This document shows positions 24,790 through 38,388 of a DNA stretch of 64,000 bases, piece by piece (within the stretch, counting starts at the first letter, position 1; every line of letters starts with the position of its first letter). The notes under the pieces were generated by a model. That model did not search any database. It saw only the letters and a program-made list of their open reading frames with translations, and was not told the DNA's origin. A program made the position numbers and the translations under genes. The DNA is from Scyliorhinus canicula (lineage: Eukaryota), in the NCBI RefSeq assembly GCF_902713615.1, contig NC_052158.1, positions 14,876,546 to 14,940,545 of the forward strand, written 5' to 3'.

Positions 24790-25630
24790 AGGCAAGGACA
24801 TAAGAAATAGGAGCGGGAGTAGAGCCTAGACTGGGGCTGGTTTAGCACAGTGGGCTAAACAGTTGGCTTGCAATGCAGAACAAGGCCAGCAGCGCGGGTT
24901 CAATTCCCGTACCGGGACTGGAATGTGGTGACGAGGGGCTTTTCACAGTAACTTCATTGAAGCCCACTTGTGACAATAAGTGATTATTATTATTATGCCT
25001 GTTGAGCCTACTCCGCCATTCTATATGATCACGGCCGATCCTGGCTTCAACACCACTTCCCCGCCAACTCCCCGTATCCCGTAATTCCCCGAGAGACCAA
25101 TATCTGTTCGTCCCAGCTTTAAATGTATCCAACCCCGGAGTACCGGCAACTCCCTGGGGTAGAAAATTCCAAAGATCCACAACCTTTAGGAAAAACCTTC
25201 TTCTCATCTCATCACAAAAGATCGGCTCCTTAAATCCTGAAACTCTGTGTCGTTCCTCCCCCCCCACCCCACCCCCCCCACCCTTCCCCCCCACCCCACC
25301 CCCCCACCCCACCCCCAACATGTTCTAGACTCCCCGACCAGCAGAAACAAAACTCTCAGTGCCCACTTCAAAATCACATAGGTTTCAATGAGATCGCCTC
25401 TCATTCTTCCAAACTCCAGCAAATACAGGCCCAATTTACCCAATCTTTCATAAAGCAACCCCCCCCCCCCCCCCCGTCATCCCAGGGACCAGTTTCATGA
25501 ACCTTCCCTGTACCTCCTCCAATACACAGGGTTCCAGATACGGCCTCATGACCAAAGCCCTACACAATTGTGGCAAGACTTCATTACTCCTGCACTCCAA
25601 TTCCTCCTTGTAATAAAGGGCCAACATACA
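24790..25630 (-). mobile_element. Degraded CR1 3' fragment with a nested short SINE
   Basis: YERLGKLGLYLLEFGRMRGDLIETY motif and VVDLWNFLPQ. Confidence 0.75.
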
Positions 25631-26393
25631 ATGCCAAGTGCAGGCCGCTGTGGTTTAGCCATTTACATTAGGTTGGTGACGACGGGGTTTAGCTGCCCTA
25701 CCCATCGATGACATTGGGGGGCTCACCATCAAAATAGCCGTGCCCACAGCGGTGTCCTGAAGTAGATCTACCCATTCCTGGGGACGCCAGGCCAATCCTG
25801 CAGGCACCAACCCACAGTAGGAAGTTGGACAATCTTTAGTTCCATGGTGATGCCTCCCATTGCTGTCTGTGGGAGCTTGCTGTGCACAATTTTCCTTTCC
25901 TGCGCTGTTTCCTGCATTGCAACAATCGTCAGACTTGGGATATCCAGAGGTTTTTAAAAATCTATTCTTTCTGTGGGCAAGGCTAGCGTTTGTTGCCCGG
26001 CCCTAACTGCCCTTGAACTGAGTGGCTTGTTGGGGCCACTTCGGAGGGGCAGCTAAGAGTCAGCCGCGTTTGCTGCGGGGCTGGGGGGGTCACATGTAGG
26101 CCTGACCAGCTAAGGACGGCAGATTTCCTTCCCTGAAGGGACTTTGTGAAGCAGATGCATTTTCGACGATAGTAGGCATGGTCACCGCTACTGAGATTCG
26201 CTTCCAGGTTCAGTCCTCGAATTTACATTCCACCAGCAGACGTGGTGGGATTCGAACCTCATGACCCCCGGCGCATGAGCCAGGTGAAAAACCACTACCA
26301 CTACGCCACCAGTCTCCCCCACCCCTTCCCCCGAAAGAGCATGATGTAAATGCCCCTACTGTTGCAGTCTATGTCCAGGAGGGAAAGGCCTAC

Positions 26394-26526
26394 CTCTCAC
26401 TTGAATGGCCACGCTAGCTGATTTGGCGTTGAAGTCGAAGTCAAAGACAGTGCACTGGTACTCTCCTTCGTCCTGCTTCGTCACCGCCTGCAGCGTGTAC
26501 TGGGCCGAGTCGCTGAACTGTATTCC
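26394..26526 (-). CDS. Ig receptor exon 6: GIQFSDSAQYTLQAVTKQDEGEYQCTVFDFDFNAKSASVAIQVR
   Basis: Canonical Ig motif L..V...D.G.Y.C. Acceptor tctcag, donor G|gtaggc, 133 nt, phase 0-1. Confidence 0.93.
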
Positions 26527-27246
26527 CTGAGATTCAGATCCAGTAGTTAGTGTAGCACTGACAACAGGACTCTTTAAGCACTGTGTGTGTGTGTGTGGTG
26601 GGGGGGGGGGTGTGGAGGGGGGGGGGGGGAGGGGGGGGGGGGGCGGAGCAGGAGACACTGGGGTAATCTAACTCTCCTGGTAGAACATAGAACAGTACAG
26701 CACAGAACAGGCCCTTCGGCCCTCAATGTTGTGCCGAGCCATGATCACCCTACTCAAACCCACGTATCCACCCTATACCCGTAACCCAACAACCCCCCCC
26801 CTTAACCTTACTTTTATTAGGACACTACGGGCAATTTAGCATGGCCAATCCACCTAATCCGCACATCTTTGGACTGTGGGAGGAAACCGGAGCACCCGGA
26901 GGAAACCCACGCACACAGGGGGAGGACGTGCAGACTCCACACAGACAGTGACCCAGCCGGGAATCGAACCTGGGACCCTGGAGCTGTGAAGCATTTATGC
27001 TAACCACCATGCTACCCTGCTGCCCCTGGTAGGAATAGAGTGAAATGAGGAGTGGGTTTAAGTACACAATTGGAGTGGGGGGGGGGGAGAAAATCCGACC
27101 CCAGCCCATACGTGAACAATTACCAAACCAGGCGGCATGAATTAAAAATAAGACCGCAACGCGGCCCCCCCCCTCCTTCCCCCCCCCCCCCCCCCCACCC
27201 CCCCCCCCCCCCCCCCCCCCCCGCAGTACTGTTCCCCTTGTGGTTT

Positions 27247-27529
27247 TGTGGTGAATGCATAATGCATAATTCACACTGTGTATCACTGTGTCCCTGTGGG
27301 CTCCGTCTGTGAGCCGTTGCGTGGCTCTGCCCCCAGGGGGAGATGAGGAGCTTGCACAGGGCTCCACCCTTGGCTCCGCCCATGGCCCCTCCCACTACTG
27401 GAAGTATAAAGTGCTGCGGTCTTGTGAGTCTGCCCTCAGTTCTTCTGGTCGCAGGCAGGCTCAGTTGTAAGTCTATTGAAGCCACGGTTTACTTCCTCTC
27501 GTGTGTTGAGCGAATTGATGGTCACATCA
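27247..27529 (+). mobile_element. Solo LTR
   Basis: TG...CA termini, perfect 5-bp TSD GGTTT, internal TATAAA. Termini shared with 15345-15669. Confidence 0.8.
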
Positions 27530-28925
27530 GGTTTAGTTTTATTTTGTTCCTTTACGGGATGTGGGCGTCGCTTGTTAGGCCCAAAAGTTATCGCCCATCC
27601 CTAGTTGCCCTCCAGAAGGTGGTGATGAGCTGCCTTCTTGAACCGCTGCAGTCATAGAGTCCCTGCAGTGCCCATAGAGTTTGAACCGACCCTTCGAAAG
27701 AACACCCCACCCAGGCCCACACCCCCAATCCCCGTAACCCTATCCTAAGCTTTGGGCACTTAAGGGGCAATTTTAGCACGGCCAATCCATTTGGCCTACA
27801 CATCTTCGGACTGTGGGAGGAAACCGGAACACCCGGAGAAAACCCACGCAGACGCGGGGGGAAGAACATGCAGACTCCACACGGGCAGTCACCCAAGGTC
27901 AAAATCAAACCTGGGACCTTGGAGCTGTGAGGCAGCAGTGCTAACCACTGTGCCATCGTGCCACCATGCAGTGTAGCTACACCCACAGTGCTGTTGTTTC
28001 CAGGGTTTTGATGAAGGAACAGTGATGTATTTCCAAGTCAGGATGGTGAGTGGCTTGGAGGGGAACCTCCAGGTGGTAGGGTTCCCAGGTATCTGCTGCC
28101 CTTGTCCCTCTAGATGGCAGTGGTCGTGGGTTTGTAAGGTGCTGCCGAGTTGGGGAGGGATCATGGAGGGGATGCGGAATCAATAACCTAACTCCTGCCA
28201 GAGGGGCGTGGGTTCAGCTCAGGTGCCCATTTTACACCCTGCCCGGTTTTGTGAAGGGTGAGCTGGGGGAGGTGGGACTGGAGTATAAACTGGTGTAGGC
28301 CGCGTTCCTGCTGGGTGGGAGAGGGGGTGGGGGGGGGGGGGGGTCGAGCTACAGCACATGGGTCAAAAGCTGACCGGAAACTCCTCGTTCCCACCAATAA
28401 GCCGAGCGTTGACCCTGCAGGTTGACACCAGCAGAAAGATATAACCAGTGACACCACCACCTGCGTTACAAAAAGCAACAGGTTATTGCTACTCCACTGA
28501 TGGCGGGCTGGTGAAACAGCAATCCTATGATTTCTGAAAGGAATTGGTTGGGTAGTTGTGGAAAATAAACCTGCAGAGCCACGGGGATACAGGGGGGTGG
28601 GGCGAATGGGACTGACTGATTGTTCGATTCAGACCCAGTGAGAAGATGATGGGCTGAATGGTCTCCTTCTGTACTTGGAATGACTCTGACGTTCTGTGAC
28701 TCCACAGGTGCAGCTTTGTGCGCTCTAAGTGTGTTGCCTGAGGAGCCAATCTGTGGGATCGAAGCCAGAATCTCCCTTAAACATACTCCACAACCACCAG
28801 AGGGGACTATTCGCTTGCTTCGATACCGGGAAAACAGGAATCCTACCCAGACACTTGAAGAAACGTCGATCAGCTTCATTCGGCAGGGATCAATATCACC
28901 CAGCCATTGGGTTGTTGCAACTTAC

Positions 28926-29053
28926 GTCTTTTTCCCACATATATTTTTCTGGTGGAAGGTTGGTGTCAGCAGTACAATTCAGGGTGATGGTGTCACCTTC
29001 TCGTATCACGTCGTTGAGTGGGCCCACTTCTATTGTAACGCCTTCTATTGGAT
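28926..29053 (-). CDS. Ig receptor exon 5: (Y)PIEGVTIEVGPLNDVIREGDTITLNCTADTNLPPEKYMWEKD
   Basis: Acceptor ttcccgtgtacag, donor GAC|gtaagt, 128 nt, phase 1-0. Resembles ALCAM YPTEQVTIQV..IKEGDNITLKC and ends W.KD like RAGE. Confidence 0.93.
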
Positions 29054-29589
29054 CTGTACACGGGAAAGAGGGAAAACAGATATTGCTTAGAAAGGAAGAT
29101 TTCCATTTGTGTAGCACCTTTCAGCACCTCAGGACACTCCCAAAAATGCTTGACTGCCAATGAAGTGCCTTTGAAGCATCGTCGCTGCTGTGATTATTAT
29201 AGGCATCAATTTATGCACAGGAAGATCCCACAAACAACAATGTGATCATCGCCAGAAAATCTGTTTTTCTTCTGTTTTGCTGGCATTTGTTGAGGGATAG
29301 CGAATGCCAGGGAGAACTACCCTGGAATGGTGGCCACGGATCTTAATGCCCACCTGGGAGGGTAGTCGGGTCCCCCGGTTTAACAACTCATCCAAAAGGT
29401 GGCACCTCTGACAATGCAATAGTCCCTCAGTCCTGCACTGGTAATGCTGGTCTGGGCTTTGCTCTCAAACCTCTGGAGTGGCACTTGAACCGGTGACCTT
29501 CTGGCTCGTCACACGGCAGGGCAGGTAGCATGGACCCTTTAAGGGGGCGACCTTTCCCGACCAGGTGACCCGCTCGGGAGTGCTTGAAC

Positions 29590-30125
29590 TCGGGCCAATG
29601 GGGGAAAAGTGCGAGGCCCTGGACAATCATCCAGCTTGTTAGTCCATTTTGACCCAGACCAACAGATACTTTTAACATGTGATGCTCCACCCTGTGGGAT
29701 AGAGACAGTCCACCCACAAGATGCAGGCCCATTGACTTTGCCTCCCGAACACTCACTGGAGCAGAACGAAAATATGTACAGATTGAAAAAGAGGGCCTAG
29801 CTGTGGTACCTGGCGTTAAAGAATTCCATCATAACCGACCATATGGCATTATTGGGGTTCCTCCACAAGGATAAACCAACTCCACTCATTGCTTTGGCAA
29901 GGGTGCAGCGATGGACTTTGGCATTGGCAACCTCCAGCTATATTTTTCAACATCGACCGGGGACTCAGATCTCCGATGCTGATGCTCTGAGTTGACTCCA
30001 ACTTCCCCCAAGCCTGGCACCGCTTTCGTGCCTCAAGATAATGTCCTGGCGTTAAATTCTCTGGATACCATCAGGAACTGGACTCAACGTGATATGGTCC
30101 TCTTGAAGGTAAACAAATGGCTGGC
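29590..30125 (+). mobile_element. Gypsy LTR-retrotransposon pol remnant (RNase H)
   Basis: LVHFDP..ILLTCDA, then across frameshifts FASRTL..AERKYVQIEKEGLAVV, TDH, ARVQRW, HRPG..ADALS. Confidence 0.82.
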
Positions 30126-31016
30126 ATCACAATAAGCCGGAGGGTGGCACGGTGGCACAGTGGTTAGCACTGCTGCATCACAACGCCAAGGACACAATTT
30201 CAATTCTGGCCTTGAGTGACTGTGTGGAGTTTCCTCCGGGTGCTCCGGTTTCCTCCCACAGTCCAAACATGTGCAGGTTATGTGGGGTTATGGGATGAGA
30301 GGGGAATAGAGTGAGGAAGTGAGTCTCGGTCAGGTGCTCTTTCGATCGCTGGTGAACGGGTAGCAATTAGGAAATACTATTTGGCGTTTAGGGGATATTA
30401 AAAAGAACAAAGCATGGAATCACATCAACAGAAAAACAGACTGTTCAGCCCAACCTGTTATTTAAGCTCTATGTGAACCTCTTCCCACCCCTTTTCATGT
30501 CACCCTGTCACCTTCTATTCCTTTATCCCTTTGGTATTTATCAAGAGTCCCCCTTTAAAAAATAAATTTGGAGTACCCAATCATTTTTTTTCCCGCAAAA
30601 GGGGCAATTTAGCGTGGCCAATCCACTTACCCTGCACATCTTTGGGTTATGAGGGTGAAAGCCACGTAGACACGGGGAGACTGTGCAAACTCCACACGGA
30701 CAGTGACCTGGGACCTCAGCGCCATGTCGTCCACTGCGCCACCCTGCCGCCCAAGGTTCCCCTTAATTGAATCTCTGCGTATTATTTTCAGAGTGGGGGG
30801 ACAAACCCAGAATCATCCGTTGTGAGGGAGAACGCAGTCTTGAAATTTTACACATCCTCCAAACTAACAAGATCAGGAGGAAACCCATTCACCAGTCCAG
30901 AACCGTGCATCCTGCAGCCCATGGCACTCCCCTTTTTCCAGATTTGGTGCAAATTAACATTTTTGTTCCCCCCAGTGTTTCTCCAAATCAGCTCAGGCAC
31001 TTTTCTTTTAATATTG

Positions 31017-31617
31017 TGTCATGTAAGTGTACCTTTAAGAAATGGGTGTTTATCAAATAGCTGTAGTGGATGTACCTTTAAGAATTGGGTGTTTATCAAA
31101 TAGCTGCAGTGATGTCAGAGTGTGGGTGGAGCTGGGCTGTCTGTCTGCTTTTACATTCGTTTTTGAGCTGGCAGCTACAGTGTGTGTTTGGTTTCGTTTT
31201 CAGAGTTGGAGCTGCATCCAGCCAAACACGGTGTCATTTTGATCTCTCTGCATGAAAAGAATGTCTTCAGATCACTTGCTAATTTAAAAGTGATAACTGC
31301 TCTCAGTAGAGAATTTAAACCTGCTGTTAAAGAGAGTGTTTGCCTTATGGATGTTGCTAAGAAAGATTAAGGGTTTCTTATAGAGTGCTGTGTTCATTGT
31401 GGGGGAGTATTTGAGTTGATAGTTGCGAAGATGTTTACTGTGTGTTTATAAAATGTTAACTGGATTCATAGAATAAATATTTTTAGTTTTAAAAGTACTT
31501 TATATATCTGTTGCATTACACCTCTAGAGAGTCACCATAACCAACATCTATTAAACGTTGTGGGTCAGGTGCACTCCATGATACACTTTGGGGTTCTCTA
31601 AACACTGGCCCATAATA
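31017..31617 (+). mobile_element. Solo LTR-like element
   Basis: tgtcatg...cataata termini, imperfect 4-bp TSD (attg/aatg), internal duplication of tgtacctttaagaa.tgggtgtttatcaaatagctg, AATAAA. Confidence 0.55.
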
Positions 31618-32289
31618 AATGAGAAGTGTTTTGCCTTGGGCAGCAAGTTGATCTGTTTTAATCTGTGATCGCCATGGCAGTCTTCAGCCAAAGTCTTATT
31701 TTTAAGACAATGTGACACCGGCGTCAGTTTGTTCGAAAGAAGTACTGCAGGGAAGGGATGAATTGCCTGTCGCAGAAGACAGACACACAATGTAAGGTAA
31801 CAGGCCCACCCTGAAATACCCTTCAGCCTCTGTTAACGGCACCTAGCTGTTTGTCAAACATTTTCCATGGCCCGACCGCCTCGGCCACTTGATCCAATGC
31901 CTAATTCGTCTGTCGATCATTCTGCGCGAAGATGTTTCGCTCCAGCCCTGAAGATTGCGAGGCGCTCAAGCCCCCAGGATTGAAGAATTAATTAGATTAG
32001 AAGGGCATCAATGAACATTGATTTCAACGTACTGAATGTACAAGGTGGAAGAGGGATGGTATGTGTGGTAATTTAGAGGAATAAGCGGTTGGGTCCCGAG
32101 GAGGAGTGATGATAGAAATATTGAGACGGTGAAACCAGGTTTAAGGCCACCAAGAAATCACCCCTTCCACATTTAGAAAAATTCCATGTCACCATGTTTC
32201 TTCAACATTCTGTGTTTAATATATAATTGGTTGCAAATATTCTTTCTGTTAGCTTTCACTCTTAATAGTCACTTCATAACAAACACATC

Positions 32290-35200
32290 CCTCCCCATAG
32301 AGACAGTAGACCAATCAACACCAACCCCCCCCCCCCCCATAGAGACAATAGACCAATCAACACCAAATACCCCCCCCCCCCCCATAGAGACAATAGACCA
32401 ATCAACACCAACCCCCCCCCCATAGAGACAATAGACCAATCAACACCAAATACACCCCATAGAGACAATAGACCAATCAACACCACATACACCCCCCACA
32501 TAGAGACAATGGACCAATCAACACCAAATACCTCCTATAGAGACAATGGACCAATCAACACCAAATACCTCCTATAGAGACAATGGACCAATCAACACCA
32601 AATACCCCCTATAGAGACAATGGACCAATCAACACTAAATACCCCTCCCCATAGAGACAATGAAACAATCATCGAATTTACAGTACAGAAGGAAGCCATT
32701 TGGCCCATCGAGTCTGCACCGGCCCTTGGTAAGAGCACCCTCCAGAGCCCATACCTCCACCCTATCCCCACACCTTCACCCTATCCCCGTTAACCAACCT
32801 AACCTTTTTTGGACACTAAGGCAATTTAGCGTGGCCAATCCACCTAACCTGCACATCTTTGGACTGTAGGAGAAAACCGGAGCACCCGGAGGAAACCCAC
32901 GCAGACACAGGGAGAACGTGCAGACTCCGCACAGTTACCCAAGCCGGGAATTGAACCTGGGACCCTGGAGCAGTGAAGCAACTGTGCTATCCAATGTGCT
33001 ATCGTGCTGCCCCCAGTGTGCTACCGTGCTGCCATCACCACCCCGCTGAGACAGTGAACCAATCAACGCCAAATACACCTCCCCAAAGACAATAGACCAA
33101 TTAACACCAAATACCCCCCATAGAGAGACTAGACCAATCAACACTAATTACCCCCCATAGAGACAATAGACCAATCAACACCAAATACCCTCCCCCATAG
33201 AGACAATGGACCAATCAACACTAAATACACCCCCATAGAGACAATGGACCAATCAACACTAAATACACCCCCCCCATAGAGACAATGGACCAATCAACAC
33301 CAAATACCCCCCTAGAGACAATGGACCAATTAACACCAACCCTCCCCCCATAGAGACAATGGACCAATCAACACCAAATACCCCCCCCCATAGAGAGAAT
33401 AGACCAATCAACACCAAATACCCCCCATAGAGACAATGGACCAATTAACACCAAAAACCAGCATAGAGACAACAGACCAATCAATACCAAATACCCCCCC
33501 CCCATAGAGACAATGGGCCAATCAACACCAAATACACCCCCCACAGAGACAGTGGACCAATCTACACCAAATACACCCCCCCATAGAGAGAATAGACCAA
33601 TCAATACCAAATACCCCCCCCCCCCATAGAGACAATAGGCCAATCAACACCAAATACACCCCCCCCCACACAGTGGACCAATCAACACCAAATACACCCC
33701 CCCCCCACAGAGACAGTGGACCAATCAACACCAAATACACCCCCCCCCATAGAGAGAATAGACCAATCAACACCAAATTCCCCCCCCATAGAGAGAATAG
33801 ACCAATCAACACCAAATACCCCCCCCCATTGAGACAATGGACCAATCAACACCAAATACCTCCCATAGAGAGAATAGACCAATCAACACCAAATACCCCC
33901 CCCCATAGAGACAATGGGCCAATCAACACCAAATACACCCCCCCACGGAGACAGTGGACCAATCAACACCAAATACCCCCCCCCCATAGAGACAATGGGC
34001 CAATCAACACCAAATACACCCCCCCACAGAGAGAATAGACCAATCAACACCAAATACCCCCCCCCATAGAGACAATGGACCAATCAACACCAAATACACC
34101 CCTCCACAGAGACAGTGGACCAATCAACACCAAATACCCCCCCCCATAGAGACAATAGGCCAATCAACACCAAATACACCCCCCCCCCATAGACAATAGG
34201 CCAATCAACACCAAATACACCCCCCCCCATAGACAATAGACCAATCAACACCAAATACCTCCCATAGAGAGAATAGACCAATCAACACCAAATACCCCCC
34301 CCCATAGAGACAATGGACCAATCAACACCAAATACCCCCCCCCCATAGAGACTATGGACCAATCAACACTAAATACCCCTTCCCCATAGAGACAATGGGC
34401 CAATGAACACCAAATACCCCCCCCCCACAGAGACAGTGGACCAATCTACACCAAATACACCCCCCCCCATAGAGAGAATAGACCAATCAACACCAAATAC
34501 CCCCCCCCCATAGAGACAATGGACCAATCAACACCAAATACCCCCCCCCCATAGAGACAGTGGACCAATCAACACCAAATACCCCCCCCCATAGAGACAA
34601 TAGGCCAATCAACACCAAATACCCCCCCCCCCACAGAGACAGTGGACCAATCAACACCAAATACACCCCCCCATAGAGAGAATAGACCAATCAACACCAA
34701 ATACCCCCCATAGAGACAATGGACCAATCAACACCAAATACCCCCCCCCCCCCATAGAGACAATGGGCCAATCAACACTAAATACCCCCCCCCCCCATTG
34801 AGACAATGGACCAATCAACACCAAATACACCCCGCATAGAGACAATGGACCAATCAACACCAAATACCCCCCATAGAGACAATGGAACAATCATAGAATT
34901 TACAGTGCAGAAGGAAGCCATTCGGCCCATCGAGTCTGCACCAGCCTTTGGAAAGAGCACCCTATCTAAGCCCATACCTCCACCCTATCTCCACACCTCC
35001 ATCCTACCCCCATTAGCCTACCTAATCTTTTTGAACACTAAGGGCCATTTAGCATAGCCAATCCACTTAACCTGCACATCTTTGGACTGTGGGAGGAAAC
35101 TGGATCACCCAGAAAAAACCCACGCAGTCACGGGGAGAATGTGCAGACTCCAACAGTGACCCAAGCCGGGAATCGAACCTGGGACCCTGGAGCTGTGAAG

Positions 35201-35500
35201 CAACAGTGCTAACCACTGTGCTGCCGTATTGTGCTGCCGTGCTGCCACCACCTCCTCCCCACAGAGACAGTGAACCAATCAACAACCAAGCACCCCCATC
35301 GAGACAATGGACCAATCAACAACTAAGCACCCCCATTGAGACAATGGACCAATTAAAAACCTAACACTCCCCCATGGAGGTAACGGACCAATCAACAACC
35401 TAACACGCCCATTCAGACAATGGACCAATCAATAAGCAAACACTCCCATAGACACAATGGATCAATCAACTACAAATATCTCCCTAAGAGGCAATGGACC
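32290..35500. repeat. Roughly 38-42-bp minisatellite (catagagacaatggaccaatcaacaccaaatacccccc)n with two embedded SINEs
   Basis: Directly visible. The variable poly-C tract sets the unit length. Confidence 0.95.
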
Positions 35501-35576
35501 AATCTTCTCAGGAGTGGGAAATACTGTGCTTTGAAAGCAGATTGCCACTCCCTTATGCTACTTCAACCAAAACACT

Positions 35577-36033
35577 GGGCGCGATTCTCTGTTTGCGGGA
35601 CAGAGTGTCCGCGCTGTCGTGAACGCCGTTGCGTTTCACGACAGCGTGCAATGGGCACGGGCAGTAGCGATTCTAGCCCGTACAGGGGGCCAGCACAGTG
35701 CTGGAGCAATTCACCCCACTCCAGCCTCACTTCCTGGTGCCAACCCGTACATGCGCGGTGGCCTTACTGAACGCTCCGGCCTCGACACAACATGGCGTGG
35801 GGGTTCAGGGGCACCAGGTGTGGACGGCGCCGGCGGGACTCTGCTTTCTCCGCGCGGTCGCTCGGCCCATCTGGGCCGGAATATCGGCGGCCCGCGACCA
35901 GCGCCCCGCCAAACGCGGCAGTGCAAATGGCGCCGATTCTCCGCACCTCGGATAATCGCGCACCGGCGTCGGGGCAGCGTGGCGCGGTTGCGCCGATTCT
36001 CCGGCCTGGCACGGGGCTGGGAGAATCGCGCCC
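35577..36033. mobile_element. GC-rich MITE (PIF/Harbinger-like TIRs)
   Basis: Perfect 13-bp TIR gggcgcgattctc / gagaatcgcgccc, no coding capacity. Confidence 0.8.
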
Positions 36034-36275
36034 CCTGTGTCTCCTGTTCTGGATAAATACAACACGTTGTCACCTTCCCCCTTCCCACTGCATCTCTGAA
36101 CAAGTGTAACAGAGAATGAAGGAAGAGACGGGAGTATGGAGACAAAATTTTCACACAATGTTGTCCAATAACCTGAGGGGGGGGGAAACAGGGTGGGTGA
36201 TGGTTAAAGATATAATCTCCCCCAAAATGGTAGCAATATGAAAGGCTTCAAAGAGAGTTAAGAGTCAATACTTAC

Positions 36276-36452
36276 AATACACGTCAATCGTGATGGTATC
36301 AGATCTCTGCGCCTCATTTTGGGAAGGATAAAACACTTCACAAAAGAACCTGGCATTCATGTCATTCTTTCTTGCTGTATAATATAATGTTGACTCGATT
36401 GTGAGAAGCCTGGTATTTTGGTCCTTCGTGATATGATTTTGGATGTGCGTGT
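36276..36452 (-). CDS. Ig receptor exon 4: (D)THIQNHITKDQNTRLLTIESTLYYTARKNDMNARFFCEVFYPSQNEAQRSDTITIDVY
   Basis: Not in the ORF track, translated by hand. Acceptor atttctag, donor T|gtaagt, 177 nt, phase 1-1. D..A.F.C F-strand motif like MCAM/ALCAM D2. Confidence 0.92.
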
Positions 36453-38388
36453 CTAGAAATATACAGGTACAACAGTCAAGAAAGAGGAAAGCATAAATAC
36501 GCAGAAGGAACTATCTTTGTGTCATGAAAGGAACAATCAATTCTCAAACATTTCTCTCCTGAGATTTGTATTCCAACTTAATAAAATATCATTGTTTTTA
36601 AAAAGAGCAATACCAAATAAAAATGGGGCAGCACGGCAGCATTGTGGATAACACAATGGCTTAACAGCTCCAGGGTCCCAAGTTCAATTTCACTGTCTGT
36701 GTGGAGTCTGCACATCCTCCCCGTGTGTGCGTGGGTTTCCTCTGGGTGCTCCGGTTTCCTCCCACAGTCCAAAGATCTGCAGGTTAGGTGGATTGGCCAT
36801 GATAAATTGCCCTTAGTGTCCAAAATTTCCCTTAGTTGAGTGGGGTTACTGGGTTACTGGGTATGGGGATAGGGTGGAGGTGTTAACCTTGGGTAGGGTG
36901 CTCTTTCCAGGAGCCGTTGCAGACTCGATGGGCCGAATGGCCTCCTTCTGCAAAGAACAAAAAGAAGCAGAAAGGAAGGAATGCAGCCAAGCGATGCAGG
37001 CCTATTACAGAGTTTATAATACCACAAGCACAATCCACATCAATATCCAGTTCTACAACAAATAATCAAGAAGCAAGAAACAATGCTCATGGTGATGATA
37101 CAATGACATGCGAGTTACAAGGACAGAGAAGAGCTACTTTGAATGTAGAGACAAATACAAGTGCATCCATTACTAATCAACCCAGGCCCAATATTTCTTC
37201 TGGCTTCCTTGTTCCGCTATCTGTACTGCCTGTAGTTGCAACATCTGAACACATAGCTTCAACTAGTGACAGGGAATCAGATATTCCTTCAAGCATAAAC
37301 GACTTGGTTTCTGAAGCACATCCTGTAAATGAACCTACGCAAGAAAATGAAAGATCAATTACTGGAATCTTCCAATATCCATCACGAGCAAAGCTAAAAC
37401 AGTTTTTTGCTGAACATCCACTTCAGCCACTTGATGATCTGCTATTTGATGCTCGTTTGTATGAGATGAAAATTATGAATGACTCAGTCCCAAGAAAATG
37501 GCTAACATATAACAAAGAAAATAGATGCTTATATTGTTCATACTACTTAGCCTTTGAGTTTCCCAACACTTGTAATCCATCACCCTTTGTATGTGGCTTT
37601 AGTGACTACAGGCGTATTAGCCAGAGCTTCACTTTATATGAATCGACAACAACACATGTCAGAAATGCTCAGCAATATATCAGTGTGGTTAATGATGGCA
37701 CATCAGATAAATTTTTTGCAGCATCACTAATTAAAAGGAAAGAAGTATTGAAGCAGAGAAGTATTGTCATGAGGATTATAGACATTATAAATATGTTAGG
37801 CAAGCAAGCACTTCCTTTTCAAGGTCACAGAAATGAATCGGCCTACACTCTAAATAATGAGGTTCTGAATCATGGCAATTTTTTAGCTACAGTGCAGTTG
37901 ATGGCAAAATATGACCCCATTATGGCAGCTCACGTTTCTGCAGTGCAAAACAAGTCTAAACAAAGAATCAAACGATTATAGCAACAAGGAAAGGCTCAAA
38001 GTAAAGGCCGACATGGACTTGTTACATACCTGAGTAAAACAACTATAAACATGTTAATCAAAATTATGAAGAATATGATACAAGAAAGAATTAGTCATGA
38101 AGTTTCTCAAGCAAAATATTATTCTATTCAGGTTGATTCAACACAAGATAATTCATCCATCGATCAGTTTAGCATTATTATTCGGTATGTGCTTAAAGGT
38201 ATTATCTGTGAGCGATTACTTTCAGTTGTGCCAAGTAATGATGGTACAGGACAGGGACTTTTTTATCTATTGATTGAAACATTACAGCATAGAACATAGA
38301 ACATAGAACATAGAACGATACAGCGCAGTACAGGCCCTTCGGCCCTCGATGTTGCACCGACATGGAAAAAATCTAAAGGCCATCTAAC

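Noticed and set aside
32290-35500. CRISPR-like regular repeats (also the 33-, 34- and 42-bp arrays)
   Set aside because: Head-to-tail tandem units with no unique spacers, no cas genes, and a vertebrate intron context.
36050-36172. Apparent splice acceptor and open frames near Ig exon 4
   Set aside because: No Ig motifs in any frame and no good donor. Exons 4 and 5 already join in frame.
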